A DNA stretch of 64,000 bases from Eledone cirrhosa (lineage: Eukaryota): the NCBI GenBank assembly GCA_964016885.1, contig OZ024740.1, positions 214,334,001-214,398,000 on the forward strand. Direction: 5' to 3'. The translations under genes were made by a program, and so were the position numbers. How positions within the stretch are numbered: position 1 is the stretch's first letter; every line of letters starts with the position of its first letter. The notes beneath the pieces are model-generated. The model searched no databases. It saw only the letters and a list, made by a program, of their open reading frames with translations, and was not told where the DNA came from. Of this stretch, positions 54,965 to 64,000 are shown piece after piece.

Positions 54965-55019
<55 letters not shown>

Positions 55020-55060
55020 TATTATCATCATTATTATCATTATTATTATTATTAATATTA

Positions 55061-56043
55061 TTCCTTGAATCTCAGTCATTGATGTTGGTTAACTGGAAAG
55101 TCCGTTGGATTGAATATCAAGCCACTACCTGCAGCCTCAGATATTCAGGACGTATCGGAGGGTTCTTGCTGTTCCAAGCAAGCATGCCTTTTGAAGCGTT
55201 CCAAAAAGCGTGAAGGGGCCGATTTTCTTTAACCATCCCTGGAAACCTTTGGAGATAGTCCCCAGTGCGCCTATGACAATCGGGATCACTTTGACTTCAT
55301 GGCAGTTCCAAATCCTTTTCACCTCCCACTTTAGGTCCTGGTATCGGTTAATTTTCTCCCTCTCCTTCTCTTGCACTCTCGTGTCGAACGGGCAGGCCAC
55401 ATCCACAATCAGGCACGATCTTTTTTCTTTGTCCACAACCACCAGGTCAGGTCTATTGTGTTCCAGTTTTTTGTCCGTCTGTATCCTAAAATCCCACAGC
55501 ACCTTCACCTGACTGTTCTCCATCACCGCCTCTGGCCTATGCTCATACCATTTCTCAGAATGTGGTAGATTGTTTACTTTGCACAGGTGCCAGTGGATCA
55601 CCCTGCCCATCACATCGTGTCTCCAGCCCTTATAGTGGGTCTGGGCTAGGTGTTTACACTCGGACACAATGTGAGCCACAGTCTCCTCTCTCTCTCCACA
55701 GATCCTGCACAGTGGGCTAGCCTCCTCCTTGTAGATATGGTGCTTCAACCACTTCGTGTTGAGGGCCTGCTCCTGCGCAGCCATTAGCATTCCTTCTGTA
55801 GCCTTTTTGAGGTCTCCTCTTCTCAACCAGTTCCATGTTTGTGGATCTCTAAATTCAGTTTTCTCAAAGAAGGTACTATGAAGGGATTTTCCCTTAAGGC
55901 TGCTCTTCCTCCTTGATGTTATTTCCTCCTTGGATATCCCCTGGCCTACTGTCCCCTCCTTCAGTACAGCTCTGAGCATTGGCTCCTTACTATAGGTCAC
56001 GTATTTGTATAGGTTGTTTTTCTCCATCTGAACACAGTCCTCT
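55061..56043 (-). mobile_element. 5'-truncated R4/Dong-like non-LTR retrotransposon (CCHC zinc knuckle + restriction-like endonuclease)
   Basis: AAQEQAL, CRICGEREETVAHIVSEC, RHD, NRPDLVVVD..IVDVACP..EK..RY, PIVIGALG. Flanked by (TAA)n on both sides. Confidence 0.9.
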
Positions 56044-56071
56044 ATTATTATTATTATTATTATTGTTGTTA

Positions 56072-56165
56072 TTCCTTGAATCTCAGTCATTGATGTTGGT
56101 TAACTGGAAAGTCCGTTGGATTGAATATCAAGCCACTACCTGCAGCCTCAGATATTCAGGACGTA
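56072..56165 (-). mobile_element. Very short 3' end of the same R4/Dong-like element
   Basis: Matches 55061-55154. Flanked by (TAA)n. Confidence 0.9.
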
Positions 56166-56195
56166 TTATTATTATTATTATTATTGTTATTGTTA

Positions 56196-56643
56196 TTCCT
56201 TGAATCTCAGTCATTGATGTTGGTTAACTGGAAAGTCCGTTGGATTGAATATCAAGCCACTACCTGCAGCCTCAGATATTCAGGACGTATCGGAGGGTTC
56301 TTGCCGTTCCAAGCAAGCATGCCTTTTGAAGCGTTCCAAAAAGCGTGAAGGGGCCGATTTTCTTTAACCACCCCTGGAAACCTTTGGAGATAGTCCCCAG
56401 TGCGCCTATGACAATCGGGATCACTTTGACTTCATGGCAGTTCCAAATCCTTTTCACCTCCCACTTTAGGTCCTGGTATCGGTTAATTTTCTCCCTCTCC
56501 TTCTCTTGCACTCTCGTGTCGAACGGGCAGGCCACATCCACAATCAGGCACGATCTTTTTTCTTTGTCCACAACCACCAGGTCAGGTCTATTGTGTTCCA
56601 GTTTTTTGTCCGTCTGTATCCTAAAATCCCACAGCACCTTCAC
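56196..56643 (-). mobile_element. Third 5'-truncated copy of the R4/Dong-like element
   Basis: Nearly identical to 55061-55508. ORF 56272-56643 gives the same RLE peptide. Confidence 0.9.
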
Positions 56644-56676
<33 letters not shown>

Positions 56677-56679
56677 GCG

Positions 56680-57425
56680 TAAGGGTGGTGGATTGGCAGT
56701 ATTGGTAGAGCGTCGGACAAAATCACTTTATGGCATATACTTACGGCCCTTTAACGTTCTGAAGTTCAAATCCCGCCGAGGTTAGCTTTGCCTTTCATCT
56801 TTACGAGGTGGGTAAAATAGAGTACCAGTAACGCACTGGGGTCGATTTAATCGACTTTCTCCTCCCCTTCAAATTGCTACCCTTGTGCCAAATGGGGAAA
56901 TAATTATTATTAAAGGGTAGTGGGTTGGCAGAATCGGTAGAGCGTCGAACACCATACTTTGTGGAATATAGTGACGTCTCTTTACCTTCTGAGTTCAAAT
57001 ACCGCCGAGGTTAACTTTGCCTTTCATCCTTACGGGGTCGATAAAATAAAGTACCAGTAATGCACTGGGATAATTGCTGGCCATGTGCCAAAAGTAGAAA
57101 CAATATTATATTATAATAATCCCTCCGAGGTTAACTTTGCCTTTCATCCTTACGGATTCGATAAAATAAAGTACCAGTAATGCACTGAGGGAGATTTAAT
57201 CGACTTTTCCCTCTCCCCCAAAATTATTGGCCTTCTGTCTAAATGAGAAACCATTATTATATCGGTAGAGGGTCGGACGCCATGTTTTGCAGCACAGAGT
57301 TACGGCCCTTTATGGACTGAGTTCAAATCCCGCTGAGGTTAACTTTCATCCTTACGGGGTCGATAAAATAAAGTACCAGTAATACACTGGAGTAATTGCC
57401 GGCCTTGTGCCAAAAATAGAAACTA
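56680..57425 (+). mobile_element. Four head-to-tail OK/Meta-like SINEs separated by (ATT)n tails
   Basis: A/B boxes and GCCTTTCATCCTTACGGGGTCGATAAAATAAAGTACCAG recur, with starts at about 56680, 56913, 57121 and 57260. Confidence 0.88.
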
Positions 57426-58174
57426 TTATTATTATTATTATTATTATTTCAGCATTGGTTTTGTATCAATACTTTTCTATCCTTGCAATGTCCCAATCAT
57501 ATGACGCCCTTGTGGCAAATAAATGTAATTATTATATTATATTTATTTATTTACTGTTTATTGCGCCTTAACCTTCAAAATAAATAAATAAAATAGATAA
57601 AAGGGAAAAAATAAATTCGGAAAATAACATTAAAAAAATAAAAATATATAATGAAACAGAAAAGAAATACGAAAAGAAAATCTAACTAAAAAAAACCCAA
57701 CAATCATAGAAATAACCAAAAACAAAAAAAAAAGAAAATAGTTCGATTTTTAATGGTGATCACGTGTGAGGATGCTCCTGATGAATAATAAAACAAAAAA
57801 AGAGAAACAAAAAAACAAGCAAACCAAAAACAAAAATGCTGGAAACGAAACGAAACGAAAAAAATATATAAAGTTAAGGGTTGGGAGGTAAATAAATATA
57901 TAAATAAATAAAGTACCTGGCATTGGGACTGGCGTAACAAGAGCCGAAGCGTTGATTATGATAGCTTAGTGAGGCTGTGGAGAATGGTGATAATCATAGG
58001 TCTATAGGGCGACACGTGCAGTATAGGGGTGTCGGGGTGGGGGACAGGGACCGTTTGTTATTTTATTTGATGTTTTTTTTATTTTTTGGTTTTCCAGGCG
58101 AAAACTGATTCCTCGTTGCTCTGTCACTGACACGGAACTGTCTGTCACTCAGGCTGGCTTTCAACACTGGCTCT

Positions 58175-58642
58175 CTACTACACCACCACTACCACCACCA
58201 CCACTGTCACCACTACCGCCACTATCACCAACACCACCACCACCACCATCACCATCACCACCACCACTGTCACCAACAGCACCAGCACCACTACCACCAC
58301 CATCACCATCACCACCACCACTATCACCACCACCACTACCACCACTATCACCAACACCACCACCACCACCACCACCATCACCATCACCACCACCACTATC
58401 ACCACCACCACTGTCACCACTACCACCATTATCACCAACACCACCATCACCATCACCACCACCACTGTCACCAACAGCACCAACACCACTACCACCACCA
58501 CCACCACCACCACCATCACCATCACCACCACCACTATCACCACCACCACCACCACCACCACCACCACCACCACCACCACCACCACCACCACTATCACCAA
58601 CACCACCACCAGCCCCCCCCGCCACTACCAACACCACCACCT

Positions 58643-58697
<55 letters not shown>

Positions 58698-59718
58698 GAC
58701 AACTACTACCACCACTACCTCCGCTACTACTATTACTACTACTACTACCACCAAAACCACCACCACCACCACCACCTCTACTACTACTACTACTACAACC
58801 GCCGATATGGGCAGCCACACACCACCACCACAACAGCACCAGCACCACCAACAACACCACCACCACAACAGCTACTGCTGGCACCCTCACCAGACCATTA
58901 CCACCACCACCACAGATACCGTAGTCGCCCATTACCACTGTCACTATATTACTACTAGATCACTACTTCAACCACACTCACCACCACCACCACAACCACC
59001 ACCACCGCAATCAGCCCCACCACAACCATCACCACCACAAGTACCACAACCTCCACCATCACAACCAACCCCACCACCATCACAACCACCACAACCAGCC
59101 CCACCATCACCACCACGACCATCACAACCACCACAACCACCACCATCACAAACAACCCCACCACCACCACTACAACCACCACAACCAGCCCCACCACAAC
59201 CACCACAACCACGACCATCACAACCAACCCCACCACCACCACTACAACCACCACAATCAGCCCCACCACAACCACACCACCACCACCACCTACAATCACC
59301 ACAAACAGGCCCACCACCACCACCACCACCACCACAACCACCACCACCACAAGTAACACAACCACCACTACCATCACAACCAGCCCCAACAGTACCACCA
59401 CCATCACCACCACCACAACCACAACCACCACCACCACCAGCACTACCGCTACAATCCACAACTCCCACCACTACCACCACCACAACGAACCCCACCTTCA
59501 CCACAACCACCACCACCATCACCATCACCACAACCCTCACCACACCTCAACCCCCACCACAACTAACCCCACCATCACAACCTCCACCATCACCACAACC
59601 AACCCAACCACCACTACCATCACAATTACCACCACTCTATCATTAGCATCGTTAATACCACCAGGACCGTTATAACCATCATTGCCACTACTACCACTAC
59701 TCCACTACTACTACTACA

Positions 59719-59764
<46 letters not shown>

Positions 59765-59903
59765 TCACCGCTACTACAGCCCTCCCACTACTACTACTAC
59801 AATTACTACTACTACTAATATTACTACTACCATTATCACCGCTACTACTGCCCTCCCACTGCTACTACTACTACTACTACTACCACTACTACCACTATCA
59901 CCG

Positions 59904-59963
<60 letters not shown>

Positions 59964-60255
59964 TTATCACCGCTACTACAGCCCTCCCACTATTACTGCT
60001 ACTACTACTTCGAATACTACTAATACTATCACCGCTACTACAGCCCCCCCCCCCCCCCCTCCACTACCACCACTACTACTACCACTATCACCGCTAATAC
60101 AGCAGCCCCTACTACCACCGCTACTACAACCCTCCTAATACCACCACCACTACTACTATAACCATTATTGTCATCACTACTGTCATCATCACTACAACTG
60201 CTACCACCCCACTGTCACTCTCCCCCATGACTATCAACACCATCACCATCACAAT
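58175..60255. repeat. Degenerate (CCA/CTA/TCA)n trinucleotide low-complexity tract
   Basis: Read directly from the sequence. Confidence 0.9.
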
Positions 60256-60257
60256 TA

Positions 60258-60682
60258 TTGGATTGGCAGTATCGTTACATGGTCGGACGCCATGGTTTGC
60301 AGGATGGAGTTACGGCCCTTTACGATCTGAATTAAAATCCCGCCGAGGTTAACTTTGCCTTTCATCCTTACGGGGTGGATAAAATAAGGTACCACTAATG
60401 TACTGGGAAAAATTTGATGGCCTTGTGCCAAATGTAGAAACAATTATTATCAACGCTGGGGGGTGGATTGGCAATAGAATCGGTAGAGTGCCGGGCAGCA
60501 TGTTTTGCGGCATAGAGTTACGGCCCTTTACGTTCTGAGATCAAATCCCGCCAAGGTTAGCTTTATCTTTAATCCATACGGTGGGCGATAAAATAAAGTA
60601 CCAGTAATGCACTGATTTGATTTAATCGACTTTCTCCTCCCACAAAATTGTTGGCCTTGTACCTATAGTAGAAATAATTACT
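60258..60682 (+). mobile_element. Two tandem OK/Meta-like SINEs
   Basis: Same motifs as 56680-57425. Confidence 0.85.
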
Positions 60683-60701
60683 ATCAATACAACTGCCATA
60701 A

Positions 60702-63700
60702 CACTAATACACACACCACATCCACTAATACTAGCACCAATACACAAAAACTACTGCAACCACACCACATCCACTAATACTAGCAGCAATGCACAAAAAC
60801 TACTGCAACCACAGCACATCCACTAATACTAGCACCAATGCACAAAAACTACTGCAACCACACCACATCCACTAATACTAGCACCAATGCACAAAAACTA
60901 CTGCAACCACACCACATCCACTAATACTAGCAGCAATGCACAAAAACTACTGCAACCACAGCACATCCACTAATACTAGCACCAATACACAAAAACTACT
61001 GCAACCACAGCACATCTACTAATACTAGCACCAATGCACAAAAACTACTGCAACCACACCACATCCACTAATACTAGCAGCAATACACAAAAACTACTGC
61101 AACCACACCACATCCACTAATACTAGCACCAATGCACAAAAACTACTGCAACCACACCACATCCACTAATACTAGCAGCAATACACAAAAACTACTGCAA
61201 CCACACCACATCCACTAATACTAGCACCAATACACAAAAACCACTTGCAACGACAGCACATCCACTAATAGTAGCAGCAATACACAAAAACTACTGCAAC
61301 CACACCACATCCAGTAATACTAGCACCAATACACAAAAACTACTGCAAGCACACCACATCCACTAATACTAGCACCAATACACAAAAACTACTGCAAGCA
61401 CACCACATCCACTAATACTAGCACCAATACACAAAAACTACTGCAACCACAGCACATCCACTAATACTAGCACCAATACACAAAAACTACTGCAAGCACA
61501 CCACATCCACTAATACTAGCACCAATACACAAAAACTACTGCAAGCACACCACATCCACTAATACTAGCACCAATACACAAAAACTACTGCAACCACAGC
61601 ACATCCACTAATACTAGCACCAATACACAAAAACTACTGCAAGCACACCACATCCACTAATACTAGCACCAATACACAAAAACTACTGCAAGCACACCAC
61701 ATCCACTAATACTAGCACCAATACACAAAAACTACTGCAACCACAGCACATCCACTAATACTAGCACCAATACACAAAAACTACTGCAACCACAGCACAT
61801 CCACTAATACTAGCACCAATGCACAAAAACTACTGCAACCACACCACATCCACTAATACTAGCACCAATACACAAAAACTACTGCAAGCACACCACATCC
61901 ACTAATACTAGCACCAATGCACAAAAACTACTGCAACCACACCACATCCACTAATACTAGCACCAATACACAAAAACTACTGCAACCACACCACATCCAC
62001 TAATACTAGCACCAATACACAAAAACTACTGCAAGCACACCACATCCACTAATACTAGCACCAATACACAAAAACTACTGCAAGCACACCACATCCACTA
62101 ATACTAGCACCAATACACAAAAACTACTGCAACCACAGCACATCCACTAATACTAGCACCAATACACAAAAACTACTGCAACCACAGCACATCCACTAAT
62201 ACTAGCACCAATGCACAAAAACTACTGCAACCACACCACATCCACTAATACTAGCACCAATACACAAAAACTACTGCAAGCACACCACATCCACTAATAC
62301 TAGCACCAATGCACAAAAACTACTGCAACCACACCACATCCACTAATACTAGCACCAATACACAAAAACTACTGCAACCACACCACATCCACTAATACTA
62401 GCACCAATACACAAAAACTACTGCAAGCACACCACATCCACTAATACTAGCACCAATACACAAAAACTACTGCAAGCACACCACATCCACTAATACTAGC
62501 ACCAATACACAAAAACTACTGCAAGCACACCACATCCACTAATACTAGCACCAATACACAAAAACTACTGCAACCACAGCACATCCACTAATACTAGCAC
62601 CAATACACAAAAACTACTGCAAGCACACCACATCCACTAATACTAGCACCAATACACAAAAACTACTGCAAGCACACCACATCCACTAATACTAGCACCA
62701 ATACACAAAAACTACTGCAACCACAGCACATCCACTAATACTAGCACCAATACACAAAAACTACTGCAAGCACACCACATCCACTAATACTAGCACCAAT
62801 ACACAAAAACTACTGCAAGCACACCACATCCACTAATACTAGCACCAATACACAAAAACTACTGCAACCACAGCACATCCACTAATACTAGCACCAATAC
62901 ACAAAAACTACTGCAACCACAGCACATCCACTAATACTAGCACCAATGCACAAAAACTACTGCAACCACACCACATCCACTAATACTAGCACCAATACAC
63001 AAAAACTACTGCAAGCACACCACATCCACTAATACTAGCACCAATGCACAAAAACTACTGCAACCACACCACATCCACTAATACTAGCACCAATACACAA
63101 AAACTACTGCAACCATACCACATCCACTAATACTAGCACCAATACACAAAAACTACTGCAAGCACACCACATCCACTAATACTAGCACCAATACACAAAA
63201 ACTACTGCAACCACAGCACATCCACTAATACTAGCACCAATACACAAAAACTACTGCAAGCACACCACATCCACTAATACTAGCACCAATACACAAAAAC
63301 TACTGCAAGCACACCACATCCACTAATACTAGCACCAATACACAAAAACTACTGCAACCACAGCACATCCACTAATACTAGCACCAATACACAAAAACTA
63401 CTGCAAGCACACCACATCCACTAATACTAGCACCAATACACAAAAACTACTGCAAGCACACCACATCCACTAATACTAGCACCAATACACAAAAACTACT
63501 GCAACCACAGCACATCCACTAATACTAGCACCAATACACAAAAACTACTGCAACCACAGCACATCCACTAATACTAGCACCAATGCACAAAAACTACTGC
63601 AACCACACCACATCCACTAATACTAGCACCAATACACAAAAACTACTGCAAGCACACCACATCCACTAATACTAGCACCAATGCACAAAAACTACTGCAA

Positions 63701-64000
63701 CCACACCACATCCACTAATACTAGCACCAATACACAAAAACTACTGCAACCATACCACATCCACTAATACTAGCACCAATACACAAAAACTACTGCAAGC
63801 ACACCACATCCACTAATACTAGCACCAATACACAAAAACTACTGCAAGCACACCACATCCACTAATACTAGCACCAATACACAAAAACTACTGCAACCAC
63901 AGCACATCCACTAATACTAGCACCAATACACAAAAACTACTGCAACCACAGCACATCCACTAATACTAGCACCAATGCACAAAAACTACTGCAACCACAC
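60702..64000. repeat. 49-bp tandem satellite/minisatellite (~67 units, runs off the window end)
   Basis: Unit CACTAATACTAGCACCAATACACAAAAACTACTGCAACCACACCACATC; TCCACTAATA occurs at 60721 and 60770. Confidence 0.97.

Noticed and set aside
58161-60023. Pro/Gln-, Gly-, Val- and Thr-rich ORFs such as 58807-59646
   Set aside because: Several frames on both strands are open because of (CCA)n-type repeats. There is no domain or splice support.
60702-64000. Regular array resembling CRISPR or a repeat-protein CDS
   Set aside because: Units are contiguous with no unique spacers, there are no cas genes, 49 is not a multiple of 3, and the context is eukaryotic.

Overview
AT-rich animal genomic DNA with no identifiable host gene, no prokaryotic features and no CRISPR. 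An octopod cephalopod is inferred from the OK/Meta-like tRNA-derived SINEs and the very large (TA)n/(CA)n load. Almost all long ORFs in the supplied track are microsatellite artefacts. The window is a dense nest of microsatellite-associated retroelements. (1) An apparently intact, young Penelope-like element (PLE): a 737-aa RT + C-terminal GIY-YIG ORF at 30900-33113 with a CxCx5C linker (Hydra-clade-like) and hammerhead-bearing pseudo-LTRs, inside a 7.8-kb quasi-palindrome. (2) Decayed PLEs of at least three other lineages. (3) About 25 type I minimal hammerhead ribozyme (HHR) motifs, intact or degenerate, from roughly ten sequence families. (4) A non-coding ~425-nt HHR + octamer repeat family that looks like a retrozyme, plus a distant relative with nearly the same monomer length. 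(5) Three R4/Dong-like RLE retrotransposon 3' ends in (TAA)n. (6) CR1/L2- and RTE-like LINE fragments and two SINE families. (7) A 49-bp satellite filling the last 3.3 kb. All structures and alignments were read by eye; no search or folding program was run.
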